A stretch of 62,981 bases of DNA, the filler included, from Folioceros fuciformis (lineage: Eukaryota), in the NCBI GenBank assembly GCA_049999805.1. It is 21 parts of 21 records of this genome, joined end to end, with 100 filler letters (N's around TTAATTAATTAA, not from the genome) between each part and the next. Parts side by side here need not be neighbours in the genome. Positions count along the whole stretch, not along the records: positions 37,166 to 38,708 come from JBNGIO010004683.1; positions 38,809 to 46,139 come from JBNGIO010004684.1; positions 46,240 to 47,712 come from JBNGIO010004685.1; positions 47,813 to 49,673 come from JBNGIO010004686.1; positions 49,774 to 50,946 come from JBNGIO010004687.1; 16 more parts are not named here. The stretch is one strand, 5' to 3'. This document shows, piece by piece, positions 37,877 through 51,046 of this stretch. The notes below the pieces were generated by a model. It did not search any database, was not told where the DNA came from, and saw only the letters and a program-made list of their open reading frames with translations. The position numbers and the translations under genes were made by a program. Numbering within the stretch: the stretch's first letter is position 1; each line of letters opens with the position of its first letter.

Positions 37877-38354
37877 GACAACCTACCCCATTGCTGTAGG
37901 TGGGGTGTCTGCTGTATAAGTACCTTCCCTATCTACATAGGTATCTTCCATTTTCCCACGTAGGTACTCTCTCTACGAATGTAGGTAGACATCCTACTAT
38001 GTAGGTATCTTTTTATTCTAACCTACGATAATAGAACCTAAAAAAACTCCATAAAAACCTTCACTAGCCACTCACTACCTACCATAGGCACTTGCCCAGA
38101 AACCTACCTTCCACATGCCTCCCTTTGAACTATTCTGAAATAAAAACCAAGTTAGACTTTCCTAGACCTTCCTAGACCGATTACCAAATTTTTCCTTTTC
38201 ACAACTGGAAATAGGCAATCAGGTCAGAACTAGAATCCCTGCAATCTAATAATACTTGAACCTTAATTTTTTTACCTAAAAATAAAAAACTAATAGGTTG
38301 TAAGTAAACTTTTAAGATTAAGTTAAATGTTGACGGGAGCATAGGAAGATACAA

Positions 38355-38471
38355 AGGTAGATTAATAGTTAAGTAGCGGCATCCAGAGCACCCACAGCAA
38401 CTCCAGGAAACAGGTAGATTAGTAGCAAAGTAGCGGCATCCAGAGCACCCACAGCAACTCCAAGAAACAGG
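38355..38471. repeat. 57-bp tandem duplication
   Basis: AGGTAGATTA...GCATCCAGAGCACCCACAGCAACTCC...AAAC at 38355 and 38412. Confidence 0.92.
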
Positions 38472-38808
38472 CAAAAGCGTGCACCCAGAACTTGCAAAAC
38501 TTTTAAACAGCGAGCGATTGCAACCAAAGGGCATTCTCCCCGCCTTGTCGGGGAAGTGGTCAAAGTCCATGCGTTCCCCATGTTGAGACCTTGAGTCCTT
38601 CAGCGTTCCCAGCGTCCATGAATCCTGGCGTTCCCTGCGTGCTCCGAGTGGTAGGCTTTATCATTGACAACGAAGTTCTTCGTCAACGATAAAGCCCACA
38701 ACTTGGAGNNNNNNNNNNNNNNNNNNNNNNNNNNNNNNNNNNNNNNNNNNNNTTAATTAATTAANNNNNNNNNNNNNNNNNNNNNNNNNNNNNNNNNNNN
38801 NNNNNNNN

Positions 38809-40652
38809 GCGGCTGCAACCCCTGCCTCTAGCTCTAGCTAGGGCATGGCCCCCACAGCCGTTCATGCCAGCCAAGCAATCAGCCAGCCTATCGTCAGACC
38901 CTGACCCCTGACACTGACACACCCAGATACCCCTTCCTATGTTCAAACCATTATTATATTATTTTATATTATTTAATCATTTACTATTATATTATCTTTA
39001 ATTAATATTAAACTAATCACCCAACCCTATGGCCTGGTACCGAACCTAAACCTTCCCAGCTCTGGGACCAAACCTATACCCACTCTTATAACCAAACCAA
39101 CTATTTCCTGGTCAATTAACCTAATTAACACACTGAAAAATAGGAAAAATGACCAGAAAATCAAGGAAAATTAGGGAAAATAAGTTGAAAAAGAAAACCA
39201 AACCATACCACTATTAACCCTTTTTCAACCAAAACAAACTACTACCCCAAACTTTGGAGGTTCACAGCCACGCCCACCGGGGCGTCCTCAATCACCAAGC
39301 ACCTGCCCCGGTCGACTGGCCTGAGACCCCTAGCCAGCCCCTAGCCTCCCGATCCAACCAGGCAGCCCACCTGCTTGGCCTGGCTCTTGCAACCAGGCGC
39401 TTCACCCCCAACACAGCCTGCCTGCTAATCGGCTTAGCTGGATCCGGCTCGGCCAGCCGCCATTCGACCCGCCCGACTGCCCATCTTCCCAGCCAGGGTC
39501 TCCCTTAAACCCCTTGCCTAGCCTGGTCCCTTCAGCCCCTGGCTGCCCACGTGGGTGCCCCGTCTGGCAGCCGCCTGCCAAGCCAGTCATGCAGCAAATC
39601 GCCAGCCTGCCTGGCCTGGATTCCCCCCTAGCCAACCGGCCGCCGCCAGGCTTCTCAACTACCGGCTTTCGCTGTCCAGCCACCTCCAGCCAGGCTGCCT
39701 ACCTAAATGGCTGCTCCCCAGCTTGTAGGCAGCCCACAAGACTGGCTGCCTAGAACTTGCCCCCAGCCGTGACCAGCCGGCCAACCCGACCAGCCCGGCA
39801 GACCTGCCCCCGACGAGATCCGTCTACCAGCCCTACGGTACCCTGACCTGCTACTGCTGCGGATCCAGCTCCGGTCCCGAGTCGCTCAGGCTGCCCACCT
39901 GCTCGGCATACCGACGGCCTGTGCATCCCGTTTGGCCTCTGCTGTTGCTGGACCAGTCCGGCTGCTCGCCAGTTGCCCGTGCTACTAGGGCGTATACCTG
40001 CCCCAGCCTCCTAGCTAGCTGCTGTAGGCCATCCTACCAACGCTTGATCCGGCCTCTTGGGCCTGATAGCCAGGCGCCCTTCAGCCCCGATCTAGCCAGC
40101 TCGCCGACACGCTGGAGCTAGTCCACACCACCTTCTGCCTCTAGTCGCGACTGGCCGGCTAGTGCCTTGATCCCGCCAGCCTAGTCTCCACCGTAGGCCG
40201 TGCTAGCTACTCACCTGCATCCGCCTGGCGAGGTCCGTCTATCTTGATTTGGCTAGGCCCCCTGGTGACGTCCAGTCAGGCACCCTCCAGCCCCGACTAG
40301 CGACTGCCTGGAGCCTACCACCGACCCGCCTGGCTGCTAACCCGGTCACCTGTGCTCTCGTGAGCCTTGTCTAGCCGGTGAACCAGGAGCAAGGGCTCGT
40401 CATCCCCATCCTTACCCCGAGAGCCCCGACTCGCCCCTCGCACTCGCAGTCCTAGGATCCTACACTCATCTAGACACCCTAGCCAAGGGAACCGAGGCCC
40501 GTCCCCTTTCGACCACAATCCCTAACTAGACCCTTACCTACCTTTTCTAACCTAGTTTTCCATCCACTTCCCTATGGCATTCAATCAAAAACCCCAAAAA
40601 AAACAAACACTACCCTTTTTCTAGGGGATCTCTTCGTCATGTGGACTCCACA
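38809..40652 (-). repeat. GC-rich repeat with AT-rich core, probable 5' part of family G LTR, inserted in gypsy RNase H
   Basis: Ends in palindrome TGTGGACTCCACA (40640-40652) where the gypsy pol homology stops; shares sequence with 29987-30236 and 30690-31817. Confidence 0.7.
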
Positions 40653-43600
40653 CGTCATGCATGCTGTAATTCTTCTCAACACCTTGGAGCTTTCTAGACA
40701 AAAACTCACATTTCTCCCTTCTTGTTGCAGCACAGCACCCAAGGCATAGTCTGATGCATCAGTTCTGACTATGAAGGCTTTGTTGAGATCAAGCAGGGTC
40801 AGAATTGTGGTTGATGCCACAGCTCCCTTCAACCCTTCAAATACTTGCTTTGCTAGCTCTGACATAGGGAACTTTGCATTCTTACAAGTCAGGTTTGTTA
40901 ATGGCACGACAATTCTTGCAAACCCTGGAATGAATCTCTTCATTTGGACAGCCATGCCTAGAAATTGTTGAAGCTCATTTAGGTTAGAAGGTTGCGGCCA
41001 ATCGAGGATGAGCTTCACCTTCTCCTGGTCAACTTCCTCTCCATCAGCTGAGACCACAAACCCTAAGTAGTTCACTTTGTTCTTAAAGAATTCACACTTC
41101 TTTTGTCTAGCAAATAGCTGGTTTTCCCTTAGTGCTGTGAACACTAACTCCAAGTGCTCCTTATGCTCTTCTTTGTTTTCTGAGTAGACCAAGATGTCAT
41201 CCACAAACACCTCAACAAATTTCCCTAGATAGGGCCAAAGGGCAGCACCAGGAATTGGTAATGCCCATGCCTGGTTCTGAAGGCAGACTTGTATTCATCT
41301 CCAGCACGAATTCTGATTTGGTGAAAGCCACTCTGAAGATCAACCTTGCTGAAGACTTTGTCACCCACAAGGTTATCCAAAATCTCTTCTATCCTAGGCA
41401 TTTGAAACCTATTCTTGATGGTGGATGCATTTAACCCTTTGTAGTCAACACACATTCTGATATGACCATTTCTGTGCTTGACTATGAGAATGGGAGCAAC
41501 ATAAGGTGATACTGATTCCTCAATCAGCCCCTTCTTCAACAGTCCATCCACTGCAATTTGAACTTCCATAGGCTTTGCTCCTGGCACCAACTCGATGGCG
41601 TGGTCCACTTCTCTTCTCGGTGGCAGCCCTTGCATTTCTGAGAATACATTTGCAAACTCGGACAAAAGTCCCAACATCTCAAGTGGTGCCTCTCCTTCTC
41701 TAGTTTGCTTGTCATCCACTTGCTCTAGTTGACAGCAGTTGAAAAGTATAGCAGCATACTCCAGCTTTCCCTTTTGGATAGCTCTCCTCGCATTCCTGGA
41801 TGAAAACAATTTGTTGTCTTGTCTTTGTGCAGCTTCGTGTATCTCCAACTCTCTGCCTTTCCACTGCAAGCTCATCATGTGTCTCCTAAAAGATATGTTT
41901 GGCTCTACTCTCCAGAGCCAATCTTGCCCAAGCAAAACCTCGGGAGCAAGTGCGTCAATGACCTCCAATCGAATTTGATCAGCATACCCTTGAAAACTAA
42001 TTTTTGTCATTATCTCGTGCACAGCAATTTGCTCCACTGTTCCGTTGCCCAACTTCATCTATTGCTTTGTCTCTGTGCAGTAACACATGGCTTCCAGGGC
42101 ATCTCGAGCTACCTCGAATCTCACATAGACGTGAGATGACCTGCCGTCTATGAGGAATGATGCCTTCTTCCCACCAAGCAGTCCTTCCACTATTAAGGAT
42201 TGATGCTTGAGGTTCTCACAGCTCTCCTTCTTATCGCTCTCTGTTCCAGCGACTATGGGTGGGTCCTTGCTGACAAAATTTTCTTTGTGGCTTGCTTGTA
42301 CACATGGGCTCATTTCGAACAGCTCACATGCATTGACTGTTGTCTTGGCTTGCGTCCCTACAGGATCAGCTCCCCTCCTCCCTCTCAACCATTTCCCATA
42401 CATTGATCCATACGGACACTGCCTGGAAATGTGATTAGAAGCAGAGCAAATAAAGCACAAGCCTTTTGACATGTACTCCTTCTTCTCTTTTTCTTCATGC
42501 TATCTAAATTCAATAGGCTTGAGGTCAACTTATTGACTACTGTGTGTGCAGTGGATCTTGCAACTTTACTTTTCTCATGCCTTGCAATTTGCAGACGCCT
42601 AGCAATCTCAGCAATTTTGGGATCCTCTTGCTCTTCCTGCGCCAATCCTTGCACTCAAAAATTTTTCAATGTTGTTGGTAGGATCGTGTTGATGATGGAA
42701 GTCCCAGCTGATGTGGGCAACTCGTTTGTAGAAGCGAGCCTTCCATCTCTGTTGTCATTTTGTGCACGAGTAGTCTCTAGTATGCTATCTTGTCCAGAAG
42801 CGGGTCTCTGCATGACTTGTGCTAGAATGCTTCTCCAATTTCGCTCCTTCTCTTCATTTTGTGCAAGCAAATTTGCTACCAACTTCTCCTGCCGTTCCTT
42901 TTGTGCTTGCACTGATTGATGTAGAACAGGTTGAGCTTCGGCATCCATGTCTGCTTTGAATTCAGACAAGCTTGGACCATCGCCTTTGTTCACCTCATCT
43001 CTTGGCACGTGCAACTCTTCTTGGACTAAGCCAGCGGCATGTCCAGGAAGCATCTCATGTAAGGCCTTCTCCCTCTCCACATTTTGAGCTAGAATATCAG
43101 CTAAGTGTTCAGCTTGAGCTTGCAAGGTTTGCTAGATCATAGCCATAACCTCGGACTCAACGTGGGATCTAAATTCTACTTCTCGTTATGAGTCAACATT
43201 CGCATCCATATTCGTAGTAGACTCGACCTCTGTTGCTCCATGTGTGGGTGTATGCACGGGATCGGGCACAACGTCCTCCTCCTCGACTACTTCTTTCCTT
43301 GCAACTTGGCCTTGTTTTTGACGAGCTGCCTTCCCATTTTCTACCGCAAGCCCAACGAGGGATTTGCGAGGATGGGAAATTTTCTTCTTAACGCCCTCTC
43401 TAGCTAGCAGTCCACCTCGCAACCTCGCACTTTGTCGGACTGCAGGCTCGACATCTGGAGCTGGGGCCATGTCGGCTATGGATCTCACTCGTCGGCGGAG
43501 TCGTGAAGAAACACTACTATCGTCCATCAACCTTGTGTACGCATGTAATCCAAGCTTCAATATGCAACTTATCCCTTCGTTGGAAAATTGCCGGCCCTGC

Positions 43601-44064
43601 TCTCACGTGTGCACCTGGTTTCGGATGCCGGACTCAGTTGTCTCTTCTCCTACTAGTGCTCAATGTGACCCTTGCCACCATTGTGGTCACTGGTGATCCA
43701 CGCTTTGGCTGCGATCGGAAGATCCAAGTGGTCACAATGGGGATTTTGTCACTAATGTGCTTGGAGGACTTGAACAACTAGATGTCGAGCTTCGATGGCC
43801 GACTAAGCAGCTCACGCTATTCTAGCTTTTTGCTTTTGCTAGGACTGGCACACAGCAACGCAACGACTTCTAAATTTGGACTGTGAGACTGATTTTGCTT
43901 GTAGCTATGCAGCTTTAGACCTTCCAACTTCAAGACTCTTCTGGTCTGTTAGTTCTATTCGCGCTCCCTCCACACTCAGTCCATAAGAACGTTCTTCATA
44001 GCATGAGCACACTTCTCACTTTGTCCAAGATTGTTGAATCTCACGACTATGCATCAAGAACCAC

Positions 44065-44268
44065 AAGAGCCCGAAGCGTCAAAATGCCTCTTGCATCGTC
44101 TTGGGTCCATGGCCTCACGACTGCAAGGTGACAAGAGTCTAAAGCATCAAAATGCCTCTTGCATCGTCTTGGGTCCAAGACCTCACGACAGCAAGGTGAT
44201 AAGAGCCTGAAGCATCAAAATGCCTCTTGCATTGTCTTGGGTCCAAGACCTCATAACTGCAAGGTGAC
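44065..44268. repeat. 68-bp tandem repeat x3 in 5' leader of family H
   Basis: Units start at 44065, 44133 and 44201 (AAGAG...TCAAAATGCCTCTTGCAT...GCAAGGTGA). Confidence 0.93.
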
Positions 44269-44619
44269 AGATCTCCTTAAGCTCAAATCCTCTGGCCTTT
44301 GCACACTTACACTTTCTCATTCGCAGCTAGCACACATTTTTGCACCAAGATGGGAGCGTTTGCTTGCTCAAACATCATTGCTCCGTTCAGCTCCATGTTC
44401 TTGATACTTCTTTCTCCATGAAAGCTATTTTGCTTCTCTCACCTTATTTTTCCTTGAACCTTCCGCGCGCACTCTCCATCCTTCCTGAATGACCACACTC
44501 CCACTCCCGTGATCACTCCTCCTACTGGACCGTCCATCATGAGCTTTTGTACCAACAGGCACAAATCCAATAAAGATTTGGCTATTTTTTGGAGTCATGT
44601 CTCCTACATGATCAACCGG

Positions 44620-44631
44620 GCTCTGATACCA
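44620..44631 (-). promoter_or_regulatory. Primer binding site, tRNA-iMet
   Basis: TGGTATCAGAGC on the minus strand. Confidence 0.9.
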
Positions 44632-45827
44632 GATATAAGCGGAGATGTGCCGAGACATCTTGCAAACGTGGAATTTGACTACCAGAAGCGAGTAGGCCCC
44701 CGTCCAGGAATCGAGAGAGTCTCATTAGAGGAGCCCTTAGTTCTTTGTACCCCCGCGTCCCCGGTCTGACCATTTCTTTACCCGAGCTAACTTAACTACT
44801 GGATTGGTTTGCAACTGATTGGGGTTTAGCTTAATCTTGCTCAGTCCAACCTCTAGTTCTAACCTTGTTTCCTTTGTCTAGCTCTAGCATTTATGCCCTA
44901 GGCATGCCCTGCACGTACTCTGCTGCGACCATTTCCCGTATGCCAACAACACCATCTGGACGCTGATCAAGTGTCCAGTCCTTCTCGTTGAGCTACTCTT
45001 TAGAGCACTGGCTCGCTACAATCGCTGGTTGTAGCAGATTAAATCCCATAGCTAGCCCAGGTACATGTACATGCGCATGGCACAAGTTTATCAATTGGTG
45101 CTGCGCTAGGAGAGGGCACCATGGCTAGCGAAGGAGGTGAGTGAATGCGAAAGGCATCCTACGCTTCAATGACTAGGCACCTCGCCTAAACTATAGCCGG
45201 CCAACTGCTCCATCAAGAGCGCCATGTGTCCATGTGGGCGTACTTGGCGTCGTGCACCAACCTCATCTCGAACAAGGCCGTTCGTAGTACACCTTGGAGT
45301 AGACTCCATACGAGGCACCGTGCGCACACGTGTGGTGTGCGTAGGGCTTGATTGCCCGGTATCAAAAGGGGGTTGGGCGCAACTTCTTGCACGTTCCGCT
45401 GTTGGAAGTAGTCCTCAAAATTTGAGACCTCATCGATACTCAAAGAAACCAAACCAAAGATTGCTCCTTGGCCCTCGAAATTTGGGACGTGATACTCCAA
45501 GGGCCTTGATCGTCGCAATCCCTTGCTTGTTGAAATTTTTGGCTCCCTATGCTCAAGGAGGGAGGGCTGTCGTTCCTTGGTGCTCGAAATATGCCCAATA
45601 ATGTAGGGCTAGACGATATCTCCTCGGTCTTTGACGTATCCAATAATGCAGCGAGCCTATATATACGTGTACTTCACGTCTTCCTCATAAACACCAACAA
45701 CAACTGTGGACATTGCTAGTCGGCCACAACTACTCCCAGTGCCTCAAATCGTGTACGTAACTACGTGTACCATATTAGCAAGACGTCCAATAAGAGGAAG
45801 AGTTGTTCACTCCAATTGTGCTTAGAA

Positions 45828-46139
45828 ATGAGGCGTGTGGAGGGTGAAAGTAGGGCCAAGAACATGGGACGTCCAAAGGGCTCAAAAGACAAGCCGAGGG
45901 ATTGCCGCACGACGCATGATGAGGAGGATGTGAGAGTTCACCATGATCATGCACAAGGGGGTGACGACGACGGGGAGATGATCTGATTCGCACAAGAGCT
46001 AGAGCGTGATGTAATGTTGGCAGTTGGAGATGAATGCAGTGAGCCGACCGTTACGAGCGTGTCTCTCGAGCCGCTGCCGGTGCCACCCAAGCATGGCCGG
46101 GGACGTCCAAAAGGCTCAAGAAACAAGCCACGTGATTGC
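45828..46139 (+). pseudogene. AT-hook motif-containing ORF fragment
   Basis: MGRPKGSKDKPRDC and GRGRPKGSRNKPRDC in the same frame, 234 nt apart, with one TGA (45984-45986) between; runs into gap. Confidence 0.55.
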
Positions 46140-46239
46140 NNNNNNNNNNNNNNNNNNNNNNNNNNNNNNNNNNNNNNNNNNNNTTAATTAATTAANNNNN
46201 NNNNNNNNNNNNNNNNNNNNNNNNNNNNNNNNNNNNNNN

Positions 46240-47712
46240 AGTCCGCCAGCTCAGTATCCCTTATACTCAGCAACAAAATGGGGTAGCCGAACGCCGTAAT
46301 CAAACTTTGCTCAGCATGACAAGGAGTATGTTGGCGTGGTCCGGGCTCAACAAAGCCTACTGGGCAGAGGCAGTTGTCACTGCCACTTATATTCTTAATA
46401 GGCTTCTCACTTCAGCAGTTCCTGACCGGACTCCTTTCGAGATGATTTGGATGCGCAAGCCTAGTTTGCTTCATCTTCGAGTATTTGGCTCACCTGCCTA
46501 TGCTTACATCCATGAAGAACAGCGCAGGAAGCTTGAGGATAGGGCTCAACCTCTCGTATTTGTTGGTTATGGTGAGGAGACCAAAGCTTATAAGCTTTAT
46601 GACCCTCACTCCAGGTCTTCCATATTTGCCCGCAGTGTCACTTTTAAGGAATTGACAGCTCCTGCTTCCCCTGCGACTACTTCTTCAGCACCCTCTCCTC
46701 CGGACACTGCTGACTTTGATGAGACACCCTCCGAGTATCCTCAAGATGCTGCATATGAACCGCCACCTGCTCCTCGTTCAGCCCTGTTGTGAAGATGCAG
46801 ACCATCAGGATGATGCTGGCTCTTGCAGCTGCGAGAGACTGGGATCCCAAGCAGATGGACGTTTCAACTGCCTTCCTGTACGGCGAGCTTGAAGAAGATA
46901 TATACATGGATCAGCCTGAAGGATTTGTAGACCCTGAACATCCTGATTGGGTCTGCAAATTGAACAAAACTCTATATGGCTTGAAGCAAAGTGCCCATGA
47001 ATGGTACAAGTGTATCGATAAATATCTCAAGTCGATTGGCTTCATCTAGAACCCAGCTGATTCAAACCTATATATTTACTCCAAAGGAGGTCATCTGGTC
47101 ATACTAGCTCTTTACGTGGATGACGTTATACTTGCTTCCAACAATAGAGAGCTCTTGGCCTGGGTGAAAGGTATGTTGCACAAGGAATATGATATGAAGG
47201 ACATTGGACCACTTACCTTTGTCCTTGGTGTTCAGCTGTTGAGAGATAGAGACACTCGCACACTTATCTTGCACCAGACAAAGTATATTGGCGAGACTCT
47301 TCGACGCTTTAACTTGCAGGATGCTAAACCTGTGAGCACACCAGGAAGCGTTGGGGTTAAACTTTCTGCTCAACAGTGCGCACAAGATGATTTTGAGCGT
47401 GAAGCCATGAGTCAGGTCCCTTATCGGCATGCCGTGGGCTGCCTTAACTACATAGCATGCTGGACTAGGCCGGATATTCAGCACTCCGTAAGTGTTGTTT
47501 CTCAATACCTTGAGAATCCTGGTCCCGAGCATTGGATGGCAGTTAAAAGGATTCTCCGATATCTTAAAGGCACCTCCACCTTTGGTTTATGTTTTCAGGG
47601 TAGTGACCGAGCACTCACTCTTGAGGGATATGCAGATGCAGATTGGGCTACAGACCCGGATCAAAGGAAAAGCATTTCTGCATATTGTTTCTTGCTTTCT
47701 GGTGTAGTCGTC
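46240..47712 (+). mobile_element. Second family A copia copy (INT-RT-RNase H) with internal deletion
   Basis: Aligns to about 2443-2975 and 3732-4665; roughly 0.75 kb missing near 46777. Confidence 0.93.
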
Positions 47713-47812
47713 NNNNNNNNNNNNNNNNNNNNNNNNNNNNNNNNNNNNNNNNNNNNTTAATTAATTAANNNNNNNNNNNNNNNNNNNNNNNNNNNNNNNN
47801 NNNNNNNNNNNN

Positions 47813-48920
47813 AGAGAGAGAGTTCCACGTGCAATGAGTGGACTGGATAAAAGTGAGAGACAAGAACTCGAGGATACAAAACTTAGTCAGGAACTTGGCA
47901 AGAGGCGTAAGGGGTCTGAAGGAGTTGGCAAAGGAGGAGAAAAGTTACAAGCGTCGTATGACGAATTGAGGCATTTGTGCAAGGAGAGGATTTGTGATTA
48001 CAAATTGAGAACTTGTGATTGATGTGCAGAATCGGATGGTGAAGGCTGCTCAAACACAATTACAACCTAATGGTGTAGATGAAGGGATGAAGTTGATGAG
48101 TAGATAAGAAAATCAAATGTTGAGTTTGCCATCAGAAAGAGTTTTTGGAGTAGAGAAGAAGGGAAGAGGTTGAGTAGCGTTGCCTATTAAGAGTGGAAAG
48201 TATTCGGGACACCCAAAGTCTTTAGTTTCCATGAACCAATTGATGTGTATGTTTGACATTGTTAAGTTGCAAGAGTGTGGGGGGGAGGATCCCTGTTAGG
48301 AATTTTTTTGAGTAGAGATGCTTGCAAATTTTATTTGAAAAGTTTAATTGACTTGATAGTAACCAGTAAGCATGCCGAGCTTGTGAAGAAATTTTTCAAT
48401 CAATTGGAGATGAGGTTCTCATAAGCAAATGCCATAAAGATAGAAGAGTTAGCAAACCTGAAAAGAAAACATGATGAGATGGCTCTTACGTTTTACAATT
48501 GAACTAGTCAGATTGTGTTGGATACGGGGATACATAATGAGATGAAAGTGTACTTTAAATACATTTGTAATTTAGATGAGGACATTAGGGAGGATGTTTT
48601 TAGGGGTTTGACATCATCGTATGGAAAAAACATAAACGCTTGAACAAGGTTTTCCAAGTACAGAAAAGCATGAGTAGGCAAGAGCATTGTTGAAGGCTAT
48701 GGGTAGAAAAGTTGGGGTAGATAAAAAGAAGGTTTATTTTTTGCAGTAACACCAAGATGGAGACCAGGTTGGCAATAGCATGCAAATGCCAAACGAGTGG
48801 ATAATAGATATATGAAGCCTATCTTGAAAGTGGAATCAAGCAAAGAGATCAAATGTTTGAGATGTGGAAGCGGTACACATGTGATGATAGAGTGCATGGT
48901 TAAAAGATGTAAGTTGTAAC
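47813..48920 (+). mobile_element. Heavily decayed retroelement gag-like remnant
   Basis: CLRCGSGTHVMIEC (CX2CX4HX4C) at 48854-48895 in purine-rich, stop-riddled sequence. Confidence 0.5.
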
Positions 48921-49773
48921 CATTGTGGAAAGAAAGGGCAATAAGAAGGGGTTTGTTAGCAGAAACATCTGTCTCTTCGACCTACTAAATTTGGTCAGAA
49001 AGGACATAACATTAATAATGTTCGACAAGTGCAAAGAGCTAGAGGAAGTTTGTTGGTGGGAATTGGAAAATTACAGACTAGGATCGAGAGAACAAGATTG
49101 CAGAAAAGAAAGAATTAAATTGTGTGCGGTCAAGATCGACCTTAAGGCAAGAAGTGGGTGCGTCGGTTCACGATGTCATGAACGACAGTTAGTTAGGTCA
49201 CGACTCTATGAAACGCCGCCGCGTTTCATATCTCGATGTTTTGCACCTAATGAATAAATAAAATGAATAAAATAAGGCTGGCTACTTAAAATGCTAATTA
49301 CTACGTATTCGCATTTTCCATACTCCCACTTAGACAGATCTTCATTTTAGTCTTCATTACTTTCGACTCGCCGCTAGGTTTGCTCCTTGTGCATTGAGTT
49401 TGCAAAGCTGCACAACGCCGAGGCTGAGCTGGAGACAGCGCATGCTCGATGGAGGTGGCTGTAGGGTTTTTCCTCACCTAGTACCAGATGCGCCATTCAA
49501 AATGCTTCCAAATTGCATGGACAAATTCTTGTACGCTGGGTCTCAGTTCCCAGAAGAAGGATGGCTCATCATTCGCTATGGTGAGGCCACAGGCTCTGTG
49601 AGATGACGCCTCACTGCTGTCTTTCCATTCTCTCTGCCGACCCGCTCCTGCCTTGCGCAGAACCCTGGTACAGNNNNNNNNNNNNNNNNNNNNNNNNNNN
49701 NNNNNNNNNNNNNNNNNTTAATTAATTAANNNNNNNNNNNNNNNNNNNNNNNNNNNNNNNNNNNNNNNNNNNN

Positions 49774-50946
49774 ACAACTGCGGGCTCAACTCATCAACCT
49801 CGGCTCACAATTCCCGGAGCTTGATGCTGTTAGCCAACTTCTTACCAGTCTTCCTCATAGCTACCAAACTTTTGTCTCCAGCTATGGAGCAACTGTTTGT
49901 GCTGCTGATGCAGCCAGAGCAGTCGGCCAGCCAACCAACATCAACCTGGCTGATGTGATTGGTGCCCTGCTACAAGAGGAACAAAGCCGCAGTCACTCTA
50001 CTTTTAGTAGCGGTCGAACTAAGGCTGATAAAGTTCTCTTTTCTCAAGGAAAGAATACCAGAAGGAAGCCTACCTCCGGTGCAGGTGCAAGCCCTTCAAA
50101 ATCCACCTCTATAAAAAGATCTGGCGCCTGTAACTGGTGTGGTGTACAGGGCCGTTGGGAACGGGAGTGCAGAAAAAAGAAATCCGGCGAGCCACGCAAA
50201 GCTAAGAAGTCCTCCAGGCAGGCTGAGGCTCATGTGGCGTCTAAGGATCGACTTTCCTCGTCGACTTCCTCCAAACCGCCTGTCGTCATGACGGTTTGCC
50301 TTGCATCTTCTACTCACCCTTCCTCACAGAGTTGGTATATCGATTCGGGGGCCACTTCTCACATCTGTAACGATAAGTCACTGCTTAGCCACTTTCGGTC
50401 TTCTCAAACTTCTGACAAAGTGCTTCTGGGAAATGAGCTTACGCGTACAGGTTTGAAGATAGCAGGATCTGGCTCCTATCGTTTCTGTCTTCGGGACGGT
50501 TCAGTCCTTCATCTGGACAATGTTCTTTACGTTCCTCATATGGCTAAGCACTTGTTGTCCGTCAGCCAGCTTATGTCCCTACGCACATATGATTTGCTCT
50601 TCTCCTCTTTCTGCTGTGAGCTTAAGACGAGAGGGGAGGGAGGTCAGGTTGTTGCTACTGGACATATAGTACATGATTTGTATCAACTTGATTTAACAGT
50701 CATACCTCCAGATTCTGCTCATGTTGCCCAGTCGTCGCAAGCTGCTCAGGCCAGTCTTTGGCACGCCCGTCTAGGTCATGCCAACCGTGACAAGCTGATC
50801 AAGATGTCGAATCTGACCTATTACAGAGAGCCTTTGCCAAAATGTTTTAAGGACCTGCCTTTGTGTGATGCTTGCGTGATAGCAAAACAAAAGGAGATAC
50901 CTTTTCCAACATCTAAGGCACATCGAGCTTCACAGATTCTGGAGCT
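49774..50946 (+). mobile_element. Copia gag-protease-pre-integrase fragment related to family A
   Basis: GALLQEEQSR, CNWC knuckle, WYIDSGATSH, LWHARLGH; shares VLLG(N/D)ELTRTGLKI with 1526-1897. Confidence 0.92.
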
Positions 50947-51046
50947 NNNNNNNNNNNNNNNNNNNNNNNNNNNNNNNNNNNNNNNNNNNNTTAATTAATT
51001 AANNNNNNNNNNNNNNNNNNNNNNNNNNNNNNNNNNNNNNNNNNNN

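Larger units (their letters stand above)
40653..44633 (-). mobile_element. Ty3/gypsy element (family H, chromovirus-like RT), decayed internal region; 5' LTR continues rightwards from about 44634
   Basis: CFIC-x4-H-x4-C knuckle, FLIDG protease, RMCVDY/FSKVDLQSGFHQIRI/FVDDILVYS RT, TDASDYALGAVLQQ RNase H, and an iMet PBS. Integrase is not visible. Confidence 0.9.

Noticed and set aside
49207-49230. Perfect 10-bp hairpin as a Helitron 3' end
   Set aside because: The nearest CTRR-T is 16 nt away, the stem is not GC-rich and no other Helitron feature is visible.
49370-49673. Minus-strand Trp-rich peptide resembling a LINE ORF2 C-terminus
   Set aside because: Too short and degenerate to assign.
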